Below are positions 17,573 to 26,233 of a DNA stretch of 54,107 nt, piece after piece. The number at the start of each line of letters is the position of its first letter. Position 1 is the first letter of the stretch. This stretch comes from a virus (lineage: Duplodnaviria > Caudoviricetes): positions 1 to 54,107 of the IMG/VR virus record IMGVR_UViG_3300046373_000246; one strand, written 5' to 3'. The position numbers were made by a program, and so were the translations under genes. The notes under the pieces are model-generated. The model saw only the letters and a program-made list of their open reading frames with translations. It made no database searches and had not been told where the DNA came from.

Positions 17573-18054
17573 TTTTTAGCCTTCGCTTGGTAAATTTTTT
17601 CTTGCCGATCAAGCATCTCGTCTAGCTCATCCGCTGAGACACCGAGAACCTCACGAAGCCTCTTGCACGTCGATCGCTGTAGATCAACATTTCCTTTTTC
17701 TATTCGTGCAACCTGAGCCTGAGTGGTGCCCAGTAATTCGGCGAGCTGCGTTTGATTCAAACCTTTTTTCAAGCGCAGTGTTCTGACCGTTTTGCCTTCA
17801 TCAGCCAGAAGATCGTCAGCCAGCCACGTACGAGCATCAACGATGCCTTCTTTGTGTTCCGCGCTTTCTTCAAGGCGTGCCATCAGACGCGAAAATGCAG
17901 TGTTCTTTTGGGCTAGTGGTGCTGGAAGCACGGATGTTTCGAATTTCAGCACAACACCAACACTGGCCGTACCCAAGGTTTCTTCACCAGCCCTCTGCCT
18001 CAAGCTTCTTATAGGCATCAAGGACGCGCTGTGTGACAGGGTGGTTCGGATCAT
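17569..18054 (-). CDS. XRE-family HTH antitoxin (HigA-like), start uncertain
   Basis: VRTLRLKKGLNQTQLAELLGTTQAQVARIEKG HTH; follows the toxin. Confidence 0.8.
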   Translation of the reverse strand: MIRTTLSHSASLMPIRSLRQRAGEETLGTASVGVVLKFETSVLPAPLAQKNTAFSRLMARLEESAEHKEGIVDARTWLADDLLADEGKTVRTLRLKKGLNQTQLAELLGTTQAQVARIEKGNVDLQRSTCKRLREVLGVSADELDEMLDRQEKIYQAKAKK

Positions 18055-18406
18055 AGTTAAATGCTCTCTCAACGACAGCTAATACGAAATAAAGGTCCTT
18101 TGAAGGGATGTAGGCGTAGATAATTCGATACTCAAACCCCTCCCTGGACAGCTCGAAATCCCTCAGCCTCCAAATATTCTTTCCCGTTCTGTAGAGGGAA
18201 TAGACCTTTGAAACGCTGAATGTTGCTCCCTGCTCAGGCAGGTGCGGCTTGCCGCCGTACTGATCCCAGGAAAGCTTTTCGAGCAAATCCTGATCGCAAC
18301 CAAGTTCCTGAAGGAAAACGCCCAAGCGATATGCCGCTGGCGCATTTTCCTCAAGAATGTCTTCAAGATCTCCAGTGGCGTCGTCGCCAACTATTAGCTC
18401 GTACAA
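17984..18406 (-). CDS. RelE/HigB-like toxin
   Basis: YELIVGDDATGDLEDI N-terminus, IWRLR...YRIIYAY...VLAVVER; TTG start. Confidence 0.7.
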   Translation of the reverse strand: MYELIVGDDATGDLEDILEENAPAAYRLGVFLQELGCDQDLLEKLSWDQYGGKPHLPEQGATFSVSKVYSLYRTGKNIWRLRDFELSREGFEYRIIYAYIPSKDLYFVLAVVERAFNYDPNHPVTQRVLDAYKKLEAEGW

Positions 18407-18530
18407 TATATCTTCTCAGGTATATTCCCGCAAGGCGAGACGGCATTGATCGGAGCAAATCGGTGCTGTGCCGATTGCCATTAAAAAGCCATTCTTTACG
18501 CGGAGTAGCCGCGACGTACCCGGCTCCTCT

Positions 18531-19385
18531 TTAAAGCAAATGAGCGTTCCAAACGAGCAAAACACGGGCTTGAATGTAGGTCTCGTTCGCCATGATTGTT
18601 TGCGGCGGGTGACGGTCATTGTCTGAAATCATCTTGATCTGATCGTCGCCAATCCACTGAAGCCGCTTGATGTATAGATGACCTTCCCAGGAGAACATGT
18701 AGATCCCATCCCCCACGAATTCCCGGATGCTGATGTCGACCAAGAGCGGATCGCGATGCTTGATCGTCGGCGCCATCGATTGGCCCCAGCCGGTCACCAT
18801 TTTCAGATGAAAATGCTCTTTGAACTCGACACCCATCTCGCGAAGGTGCTGGGGGCTGACTCGGACATCCTGCAGCATCTCGGGATAGTCGTGCGGGATC
18901 TGGCCGCCGCCCATCGCAGCGCGAACGTCGTAGTGCGCGATCCACACCTCATCACCCATGGCGCCCGGACGGTAATAATCGACCTCTGCCGAATCCCCTA
19001 GCACTACGTGCAAGGCAGCATCTTTCACCGCGTCAGCAATTCTCGTCCGAGCTTCATCGCTTAGGTTTTTCCCGTGCTTGGCCAGCATCGCGCTTACTAG
19101 GTCAGCGGAGGATTTTGCCTCGGCCAATTCTGGAACCTGGGCGCCATTCTTGCGCCGAGGCGGCTCGCCTTTTCCTGACAAAAGCCAGTCGACCGTCGTG
19201 TCATAGCCGTCGGCAAGCGCGATCAGGTTCTCGTTTTTGATGTTCTCGGTATCACCGGCGAACCACTGCCGCACAGCCTCATAACTGATGCCGCAGGTGG
19301 TCGCGATGTCTCGCTTCACACTCCGCACGCCAATGTCCGGCTTTCGGGCAAGAACAAGTTTTGTGATTCGTTCAGTCGTTTTCAT
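18531..19385 (-). CDS. cI: CI-like repressor (HTH plus S24 autopeptidase)
   Basis: HTH ISYEAVRQWF; GQSMAP (Ser) and YIKRL (Lys); divergent from cro. Confidence 0.92.
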   Translation of the reverse strand: MKTTERITKLVLARKPDIGVRSVKRDIATTCGISYEAVRQWFAGDTENIKNENLIALADGYDTTVDWLLSGKGEPPRRKNGAQVPELAEAKSSADLVSAMLAKHGKNLSDEARTRIADAVKDAALHVVLGDSAEVDYYRPGAMGDEVWIAHYDVRAAMGGGQIPHDYPEMLQDVRVSPQHLREMGVEFKEHFHLKMVTGWGQSMAPTIKHRDPLLVDISIREFVGDGIYMFSWEGHLYIKRLQWIGDDQIKMISDNDRHPPQTIMANETYIQARVLLVWNAHLL

Positions 19386-19397
19386 GGCTGCAATCTA

Positions 19398-19445
19398 CAA
19401 GAGTGCTTGTCAAGCATGCTTGTTTTGAATACACAAGCATGCTTG
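19398..19445. promoter_or_regulatory. oR operators x3
   Basis: CAAGAGTGCTTG 19398-19409; CAAGCATGCTTG at 19411-19422 and 19434-19445. Confidence 0.85.
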
Positions 19446-19473
19446 AATATGAGGAAGAGCAAAGGAGGTCGGT

Positions 19474-19650
19474 ATGACCAAGTCGCAAGCAATCAAGCAT
19501 TTCGGCTCCATCTCCGCCCTGGCAAAGGCCCTCAGCGTCACCTATGAGGCAGTCCGTCAGTGGGAGGTGGTGCCCGAGTTGCGGCAGTACCAGATCGAGC
19601 GAATCACCAAGGGCGCTTTGAAAGCCAGCCAGCAAGACGCTGCTGCGTAG
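19474..19650 (+). CDS. cro: Cro-like repressor (58 aa)
   Basis: Translated by hand: MTKSQAIKHFGSISALAKALSVTYEAVRQWEVVPELRQYQIE; AGGAGG SD; recognition helix YEAVRQW shared with CI. Confidence 0.88.
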   Translation: MTKSQAIKHFGSISALAKALSVTYEAVRQWEVVPELRQYQIERITKGALKASQQDAAA

Positions 19651-19706
19651 TCATACCGCCGGTTCGATAGACGTTTTTCCATTTCTGAAGCCAGGAGCAT
19701 CGAAGC

Positions 19707-19907
19707 ATGTACATGGACCCCAATCAAAAGCGCGCCATCCCGGTGAAGGTTCGATTCGAACCAGTGCTTGATCGGATTCTGCGTAAGGCCGCGACCAAAA
19801 CCCGTATGCAGCACGCCACCTACCTATACGAAATCATCGAGTGGGCAGTTGCCAATGGCGTGATCGAGGAACTGATGCAGGACAAACAAGAAGATATCGC
19901 GGGCTGA
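19707..19907 (+). CDS. Small putative regulator in the cII position
   Basis: MYMDPNQKR...VKVRF, ribbon-helix-helix-like pattern. Confidence 0.6.
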   Translation: MYMDPNQKRAIPVKVRFEPVLDRILRKAATKTRMQHATYLYEIIEWAVANGVIEELMQDKQEDIAG

Positions 19908-19926
19908 AGGGCCTATGGAGGCCTAA

Positions 19927-20136
19927 ATGCATTTCGACATCGACAGGCTGTCGCCGGAGGCTCGACGACAGGTGTTGGCGCTTATGGAGGCCAACGGTTT
20001 GACCTTGGGTGAAAGCCTCAACCAGATCGTGGAAGGGGCAGTAGCTGAGGGAGCAACTTCAGCAGTGGGGCGGAGGAAGGCAAAAGTCCTCCAGTTGGTG
20101 GTGACCCCAAAAAGGGCCTCTGGCAGGGACTCTTAA
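19927..20136 (+). CDS. Hypothetical phage protein
   Basis: GGAGG SD, 69 aa. Confidence 0.6.
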   Translation: MHFDIDRLSPEARRQVLALMEANGLTLGESLNQIVEGAVAEGATSAVGRRKAKVLQLVVTPKRASGRDS

Positions 20137-20227
20137 GGGTAATCCAGAGGGCCTCTGCCAAATTCGAGACGAAAAAAAGCCGGGGTAGTGACCCGGCTCT
20201 CTTAAAACACGCTGTGGGAAGGATTAT

Positions 20228-21019
20228 ATGCAAACCACGCCACTTATCAATACCCCCAACAATGTCGCGACACGTTTTTCGAATTCTGAAAACGTGTCGC
20301 GTACTTCTATGTCGTCGCAAGAGATTGCGGAGCTGGTCGGCTCCCGCCACGACAAAGTCAAACAGTCCATCGAACGACTGTCCGAGCGCGGCACCATTCA
20401 ACTTCCCCCAATGGGGGAAGTTAGAAACCACCTCGGCCAGAGCGTAAGCGTGTATCAGGTCTGCAAGCGCGACAGCTTCGTTGTCGTCGCTCAGCTCAGC
20501 CCGGAGTTCACCGCCGCGCTGGTGGATCGCTGGCAGGAACTGGAAGGGCAGATCGCCCAACCTCGCGAACTCTCCCGCATGGATCTCATCCAGCTCGCCT
20601 TCGAGGCCGAACAGCAGCGCCTGCAACTGACCATCCAGGTCGAAGCCCAGGCCTCGAAAATCCATTCCATGGAGAACCTGTTCAAGGAGGGGATGACCCA
20701 CACCCAATTCTGCAAGGGCCTCAATGGGGTCAACGTCATGCAGGTGGGCAAATTCCTCGAGGGCCGGAACTGGCTCTACAACGAGAGCAAATCTGGCCTG
20801 CGCTTCCGTGTGGCGTCCTACGCCCGCGACAAGTACATGACCGAGCATCAGCACGAAGTCATTCCCCATGGCAAAGAGCCGTTCGTCTCCTTCACGCCAG
20901 TCCTGCTCAAGAAGGGCGCCGTGCGCCTGTACGACCTGTACCTGGCCGGCGAGCTGCCAATGAAGAAGACCTGGGATGGGCTGTTCACCCATGACAAAGC
21001 AATGCGCGGTGCAGCATGA
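20228..21019 (+). CDS. Rha-family / antirepressor KilAC-domain protein
   Basis: MSSQEIAELVGSRHDKVKQSIERL...LVDRWQELE; C-terminus ANT-like. Confidence 0.8.
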   Translation: MQTTPLINTPNNVATRFSNSENVSRTSMSSQEIAELVGSRHDKVKQSIERLSERGTIQLPPMGEVRNHLGQSVSVYQVCKRDSFVVVAQLSPEFTAALVDRWQELEGQIAQPRELSRMDLIQLAFEAEQQRLQLTIQVEAQASKIHSMENLFKEGMTHTQFCKGLNGVNVMQVGKFLEGRNWLYNESKSGLRFRVASYARDKYMTEHQHEVIPHGKEPFVSFTPVLLKKGAVRLYDLYLAGELPMKKTWDGLFTHDKAMRGAA

Positions 21020-21936
21020 GCATGGGCCTCATGGTCGCCGCCATGAAGCTCCGCGTCGGCAATCCGCTGCGTAAGCTGGTACTGATCAAGCTCGCAGACA
21101 ACGCCAGCGATATCGGCGAGTGCTGGCCGTCCTACCAGCACATCGCCGATCAGTGTGAGATCAGCAAACGCTCTGTGATGAACCATATCGCCGCACTGTG
21201 TGATTCAGGCCTGCTGCGCAAGGAAATCAGGAAGGGCGGGCCGAAGGGTAATTCGTCGAATGTTTACTTCCTGACCCTTGATGGTGGTGCACCTCCTGCA
21301 CCAAGGGTAGTGCAGCAGATTCACCAGGGTAGTGAAGCTGGTTCACCCCCTAGTGAATCTCCTGCACCAGAGGGTAGTGCAGGAGCTGCACCCAGAACCA
21401 GTCACTCTCCTGAATCAGTCATGGAACCGGTCATTGAACCAGTTTCGCCCCCGGCTTCCGCCGAGGTCGGCGCCGAGAAAACTGCCCCCAGCCTGGTGTT
21501 GGTGGTTGATCGCACCGATACGCCTCGTGTCGAGATCCCCGCCGATATGCCTGGCCCGAAAGATCAGTCCTGCAAAACCTTCAAGGCCTGGGCGAACTAC
21601 GCCATGGCTTACCGCAAGCGCTACGGCTGCTGGCCAGTGTGGAACGCTGCCGCCGGCGGCATTCTCGGCAAGCTGGTAGACCGGCTGGGCGTTGATGTCG
21701 CTCACAGCGTCGCCGCGTACTACCTGACCATCAACGACGCTCGCATCGTCAACGACTGCCACAGCCTGACCAACCTGATCGCCAAAGCCGAGGCCTACCA
21801 CACACAGTGGGCGACTGGTCGTCAGATGAATGGCCGCACCGCACGCCAGATCGAGGACACGCAGGCAAATATCAACGCCGCCCAGCAGGCGGCCCAGAAC
21901 ATCCGCGAAGGGGGCACGCGCAATGCTTTCCTCTGA
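21016..21936 (+). CDS. Replication initiator (O-like, N-terminal winged helix)
   Basis: KLVLIKLADNASDIGECWPSYQHIADQCEIS...SNVYFL. Confidence 0.85.
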   Translation: MSMGLMVAAMKLRVGNPLRKLVLIKLADNASDIGECWPSYQHIADQCEISKRSVMNHIAALCDSGLLRKEIRKGGPKGNSSNVYFLTLDGGAPPAPRVVQQIHQGSEAGSPPSESPAPEGSAGAAPRTSHSPESVMEPVIEPVSPPASAEVGAEKTAPSLVLVVDRTDTPRVEIPADMPGPKDQSCKTFKAWANYAMAYRKRYGCWPVWNAAAGGILGKLVDRLGVDVAHSVAAYYLTINDARIVNDCHSLTNLIAKAEAYHTQWATGRQMNGRTARQIEDTQANINAAQQAAQNIREGGTRNAFL

Positions 21937-22708
21937 TGAAATTGCACAACTGGCCGTCGCAATCTGCGCCACTGCCGAGACGCTGGGCCAGACCGTCAGT
22001 GCGGGCGCTGCTCAACTGATGGCCGAGGACCTCGCAGAGTATCCGGCTGGCGACATTCGCAAGGCGTTGCAGTCCTGCCGCCGTGAGCTGACTGGAAAGC
22101 TGACCCTTGCCGCCGTCTTGCAGCGTGTCCAAGCCGAGGACGGCCGCCCTGGAAAAGACGAAGCCTGGGCGATCGCCATGACCACGAACGATGAATTTGA
22201 AACCGTGGTGCTGACCGACGAAATCCAGCTCGCGCTGGCTGCTGCAAAACCTGTCCTCGATGCTGGCGACAAGGTTGGTGCGCGCATGGCGTTCAACAGC
22301 GCTTACGAGCGTCTGGTGGGGCAAGCCCGGGAGGACGGCAAGCAGGTGAACTGGCATGTGTCTGTCGGCTTCGACGCCAATCGCCGCACGCAGGCAATCA
22401 CCAAGGCCTTGCAAATGCAGCGAATCCCACAGGAGCGCGCTCAGCAGTACCTGGCCGACTTGAGTGTCGCGCCGGTCACTGAAGACGGTCGGGCCGTCGT
22501 CGCGTTGCTCACCGGCGAAGTAGGAAGGCCATCGTCAAAGCTGCGCGAGAGGCTCGCAGCGGTGAAGGACTCGATGCTGGCGATGCGCAAAGCCTCGGAC
22601 GAGGAAAAAATAGAACTGCGAATTTTGGCAGCCAACGAACTGGCTGATCGCCGGGCGCTGCTGATCAAGCAGGCCCAGGAATTGGAAGCAGGGGAGCAAA
22701 GGACATGA
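21923..22708 (+). CDS. Putative helicase loader (P-like)
   Basis: Position after O; DGRPGKDEAWAIA motif. Confidence 0.6.
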   Translation: MLSSDEIAQLAVAICATAETLGQTVSAGAAQLMAEDLAEYPAGDIRKALQSCRRELTGKLTLAAVLQRVQAEDGRPGKDEAWAIAMTTNDEFETVVLTDEIQLALAAAKPVLDAGDKVGARMAFNSAYERLVGQAREDGKQVNWHVSVGFDANRRTQAITKALQMQRIPQERAQQYLADLSVAPVTEDGRAVVALLTGEVGRPSSKLRERLAAVKDSMLAMRKASDEEKIELRILAANELADRRALLIKQAQELEAGEQRT

Positions 22709-23028
22709 CCATCGACAAACAGAAACTCCAGTCCCTGCTGTGGAGCGAGGTCGCAGCCTGGAAGGCCAATTGCGCGGAGTGGAAGCGCAATACCGAGGCG
22801 TTGCAGGAATTCCTCGGGGAGAAGACCGTGGAGGAGGTGGCGCTGGAACTGCTGGCCGAGAATGAGGCGCTGCGTAAGGCTGCGCTGGACGCCCGCGAAT
22901 TCATTCTTCACGAAGCCGAGGTGCGCGGGCTTCTGGATGAAAACAACGAGGTTTCCTTCAGGCACCCAAGGCGCCAAGCGGCCATCGCGTCCATCGACGC
23001 CGCCATGAGCAAGGTGGTGCAGCCATGA
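22705..23028 (+). CDS. Hypothetical phage protein
   Basis: MTIDKQKL...ELLAENEALR; ATGA-coupled. Confidence 0.7.
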   Translation: MTIDKQKLQSLLWSEVAAWKANCAEWKRNTEALQEFLGEKTVEEVALELLAENEALRKAALDAREFILHEAEVRGLLDENNEVSFRHPRRQAAIASIDAAMSKVVQP

Positions 23029-23426
23029 ATCCTGAATACACAATCCGCGACCAGCGCGACGTAAACCGCTTGGCCGGCGTTCTGCATGCGATCGACCTGA
23101 GCAAGCCGAAGGTGGTTGTGATTCGCGACGAGAAACGCCCGGACGTCTGCAACCGGAAAATGTGGGCAATGCTCAAGGACGTCTCCAGCCAGGTGATCTG
23201 GTATGGCAAGAAGCTCAGCGACGAGGACTGGAAGTGCCTTTTCAGTGCCTCGCTGGAAAAGCAGCGCGCGGAGCCCGGCCTCGACGGTGGCTTCGTCGTG
23301 ATGGCCGTATCGACCCGCAAGCAGTCGCAGAAGTGGTTCAGTGATCTGTTCGAGCTGATGCATGCCTTCGGCGCGGAGCATGGCGTGCGGTGGACTGAGC
23401 AGGACAAGTGGGGAGGGCGGTACTGA
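23025..23426 (+). CDS. ninB: NinB/Orf-family recombination protein
   Basis: NRKMWAMLKDVSSQVIWYG...PGLDGGFV...HAFGAEHGVRW. Confidence 0.88.
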   Translation: MNPEYTIRDQRDVNRLAGVLHAIDLSKPKVVVIRDEKRPDVCNRKMWAMLKDVSSQVIWYGKKLSDEDWKCLFSASLEKQRAEPGLDGGFVVMAVSTRKQSQKWFSDLFELMHAFGAEHGVRWTEQDKWGGRY

Positions 23427-24079
23427 TGCGCGTAGCCATCAAGGAAAAGAAGGCGCCCAAGCCGAAGAAATGCCGTGTTGCCTCCTGCAGGGCCTCATTC
23501 GTCCCCGCGCGATTGGGGCAGGCCGTGTGCAGTCCTGCCTGCGCGCTGAAGGACGCGCCCCGGAATGAACAGAAAGCGAAGAAGGCCATCGACCAGCGCA
23601 ACCGTCGCGAGATCGAGATCCGCAAAGAAAAGCTGAAGACCAGGACAGACCACCTCAAGGATGCCGAGAAGGCAGTGCGCGACTATCGGCGAATCTACGA
23701 ATTGAGCATTGGCAGCGGTTGCATCAGCTGCGGCGAATCGCAGGAATCGATTCTGGCAGCCCAAGGTTGGAAAACTGGCGGCGCGTTCGACGCCGGCCAT
23801 TTTCTAGGCAAGGGCGCCCGGCCGGAGCTGCGGCTGGTGCCGAGCAACATCTGGCTGCAGTGCAAAAGCTGCAATGCCGGGTCATCCAAATACGCCAGAA
23901 AGGGCCAGACGGTTTCGCAAGGCTTCCGAACGGGGCTGATCGCTCGCATTGGCCTAGAGGCTGTTGAAGCGCTCGAAGCAGATCACGAACCACGCAAACA
24001 CACCGTAGACGAACTCAAGTCAATCACCGCCGAGTTCAAAGCAAAGATCAAGGAACTGAAGAAGGGGGAAGCGGCATGA
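23426..24079 (+). CDS. ninG: NinG/Rap-family endonuclease
   Basis: VCSPACA, CISCG, DAGHF, ELRL...NIWLQCKSCN. Confidence 0.9.
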   Translation: MRVAIKEKKAPKPKKCRVASCRASFVPARLGQAVCSPACALKDAPRNEQKAKKAIDQRNRREIEIRKEKLKTRTDHLKDAEKAVRDYRRIYELSIGSGCISCGESQESILAAQGWKTGGAFDAGHFLGKGARPELRLVPSNIWLQCKSCNAGSSKYARKGQTVSQGFRTGLIARIGLEAVEALEADHEPRKHTVDELKSITAEFKAKIKELKKGEAA

Positions 24080-24747
24080 TTTATCGAGACGTTATTTCCG
24101 CAGTGATCCGCGCATTGGCGTCCGAGACGATCAACAGCGCCGGAGGTTGTGACTACACGCCAAAGGTTCAAGCCACCAAGCTCAAGGGCGAGATTGTGGG
24201 CAAGGAGGCGGCATTCCTCACGGATTGCTGGGTGTTTGGTCGGCTGCACTCCTGCCTTGCGCCGAAGCACTGGACAGCCCTGAACGCCTGCTATTCGACG
24301 CACATGGCCTCCAAAGTGGGCGCCATTGGCCGGATCGTTTCGCACGTATCTTCGCCGGCGCCGCATCTGTTTTTGACCAAAGCTGTGACAGCCTGGGCTT
24401 ACCCGCAACTGGGCGGCGCCGAGCGCGCGCCAGTCGGAAAGGTTGCGCTCGAAGTCCATGATGATGCTCCGGCTTGGAGGAAGGCGGCGGTGGCGAAAGC
24501 CCAGCAGGCGATCAATGCCAAGCTGAAGCAACGTCATGAAGCGCCATGCGAAGGCATCATCATCCTGCCAGCACACAACTACGACATGAACACCTGGGAC
24601 GTGGACGGCAAGCCCGAAAGAACCCGGCGAGACTGGCGGCGAAAGATCTTCAACGGGCTGAACAAGTTGGTGGACGAGGCGCTGCTTGAAGCCGGAGAAA
24701 TCCTCACGAACGAAGGCGTTTTCTTCGACGATCAGGATGCCGCATAG
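24076..24747 (+). CDS. Putative late-gene regulator (Q position)
   Basis: Follows ninG; C-terminal HTH-like KPERTRRDWR; followed by a promoter and terminator. Confidence 0.6.
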   Translation: MIYRDVISAVIRALASETINSAGGCDYTPKVQATKLKGEIVGKEAAFLTDCWVFGRLHSCLAPKHWTALNACYSTHMASKVGAIGRIVSHVSSPAPHLFLTKAVTAWAYPQLGGAERAPVGKVALEVHDDAPAWRKAAVAKAQQAINAKLKQRHEAPCEGIIILPAHNYDMNTWDVDGKPERTRRDWRRKIFNGLNKLVDEALLEAGEILTNEGVFFDDQDAA

Positions 24748-24753
24748 AGGCCC

Positions 24754-24783
24754 TTGACAGGGCCTGCCGGTTCGCCGATTATT
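24754..24783 (+). promoter_or_regulatory. Putative late promoter pR'
   Basis: TTGACA-17bp-GATTAT right after the Q-like gene. Confidence 0.5.
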
Positions 24784-24824
24784 CACCCATCCTGTCATTC
24801 CTGCGTGTGTAGGACTGACAAACG

Positions 24825-24851
24825 AAACCCGGCCACCGCGCCGGGTTTTTT
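24825..24851 (+). terminator. Intrinsic terminator (tR'-like)
   Basis: AAACCCGG...CCGGGTTTTTT. Confidence 0.8.
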
Positions 24852-24911
24852 GTTTCGATTGCATTATGATGTTGCCTTCTATCCATAATACGGATTATCA
24901 GGAATCTATCG

Positions 24912-25181
24912 ATGCGTCGAAATCTTGAGCACGTTAAACATTTACTCGATCTCATCCAAGCGCACGCGACTGAGTACGGAATCAATATGCTCGATTTGCA
25001 GCCGAAGTGGGAGGCTACAAGTGGGAAGCAAGACATCCTTTTGCGCGAATCCGAGCTAATTTATTTGCTCAATCGTTGCGAGGAAGCAGGGTTTATTAGC
25101 ATTTCTGGTGGCAACACCATCCAGTTGACTTGGGCGGGTCATGATTATCTTGATTCTGTGACCGCGAAGCCCGTTATCTAA
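24912..25181 (+). CDS. Moron: DUF2513-like winged-helix protein
   Basis: MRRNLEHVKHLL...EAGFI...LTWAGHDYLD; AT-rich, flanked by terminators. Confidence 0.75.
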   Translation: MRRNLEHVKHLLDLIQAHATEYGINMLDLQPKWEATSGKQDILLRESELIYLLNRCEEAGFISISGGNTIQLTWAGHDYLDSVTAKPVI

Positions 25182-25195
25182 CTGACCACAAATTC

Positions 25196-25227
25196 AAAAA
25201 AGCCCCGTCAATGAGCGGGGCTTTTTT
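25196..25227 (+). terminator. Intrinsic terminator
   Basis: AAAAGCCCCG...CGGGGCTTTTTT. Confidence 0.8.
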
Positions 25228-25242
25228 ATGCCTCGAATTTAC

Positions 25243-25476
25243 CTGTAGCCAGGACAGCCCTCGGGAAGGCCTGGACGTCGATAGCCGGATAGTGCGACGT
25301 ACGGAATCAACACCGGCAGCCCGCGCACCCTGACCTCACATTGCTTTCGGGGTGGCGCGAGACTGGATCAGCGAGATCGATGCAAAGGGGCGTCGACGTT
25401 GAGAAGGCCATTGGCAGACAGCTCGGAAAGACGAGCGCACCTATTCAGGGCCTCTGCATTCGCAGGGGCCTTTTCG
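25243..25476 (+). ncRNA. Candidate structured non-coding RNA upstream of the holin
   Basis: Several nested complementary stems, no convincing ORF, ends in a terminator-like hairpin. Confidence 0.35.
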
Positions 25477-25503
25477 TTTCTTCATGCCCACGGAGTCGAG
25501 CGC

Positions 25504-25830
25504 ATGGATTTTTTGCACCGCCTGCTCGACAGATTGGATCTGCTGATCGCCGGCCTGTTCGGCGTCATCGTCGCCAGTTGGTGGCACAAGGACGATCTGA
25601 CCGATTGGCGCGCCTGGCTGATATTCCTCACCACTGGAGTGGCCTGCGCCCTATACCTGACCGGTATGGTCAGTGCGTACCTCGGCGTGACAGAGCCGAA
25701 CATCGTTGCCGGCGTGGGCTTCCTGCTGGGGACTTTCGGCGGATCGCTGCTTGCAGCCATTAACCGAGCCATCAAAGCCGCTGACCTCTGGGCGCTCATT
25801 CGCCAGCGGTTCGGGGGAGGCAACCCATGA
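25504..25830 (+). CDS. Putative holin
   Basis: 108 aa, three hydrophobic segments, basic C-terminus, first late gene. Confidence 0.7.
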   Translation: MDFLHRLLDRLDLLIAGLFGVIVASWWHKDDLTDWRAWLIFLTTGVACALYLTGMVSAYLGVTEPNIVAGVGFLLGTFGGSLLAAINRAIKAADLWALIRQRFGGGNP

Positions 25831-26174
25831 ACTACGAACTGATCAACTCCATCGCCTGCGGCTTGATTGCCTTGTGGGCGACCTGGTGTGTTCTGAGCGG
25901 TCGAGTGCGGGACGGTGTCATCGGCAAACTGATCTATTCGGCGATCGCCATCAGCGGGTTCGTTGTGATGAGCCGGGAGCAGAACATTTTCATGATGGGC
26001 CCGACCACCGCCGGGATCACGTTGCACGTCTCGCTGGCCCTTGCCGGTATGCGGCACATCTTCATGGTCATCTGGTGGCAGAGGGTGAAAGCCTGGCTGT
26101 GTCGGACGCTGAACTGTGAACACTGCATGCGGTGTGAGAAGGCGCCGGGCGGGATCGAACGTCGATCCAAGTAA
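25827..26174 (+). CDS. Holin-associated membrane protein
   Basis: Three hydrophobic segments, ATGA-coupled. Confidence 0.65.
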   Translation: MNYELINSIACGLIALWATWCVLSGRVRDGVIGKLIYSAIAISGFVVMSREQNIFMMGPTTAGITLHVSLALAGMRHIFMVIWWQRVKAWLCRTLNCEHCMRCEKAPGGIERRSK

Positions 26175-26233
26175 GTCGCGACACGTTTCACGAATCAGCA
26201 AATTGTGTCGCGACACGCGACGAGGAGAGCGAC

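Noticed and set aside
25243-25476. tRNA gene in the post-Q slot
   Set aside because: No GTTCRA T-loop or cloverleaf found
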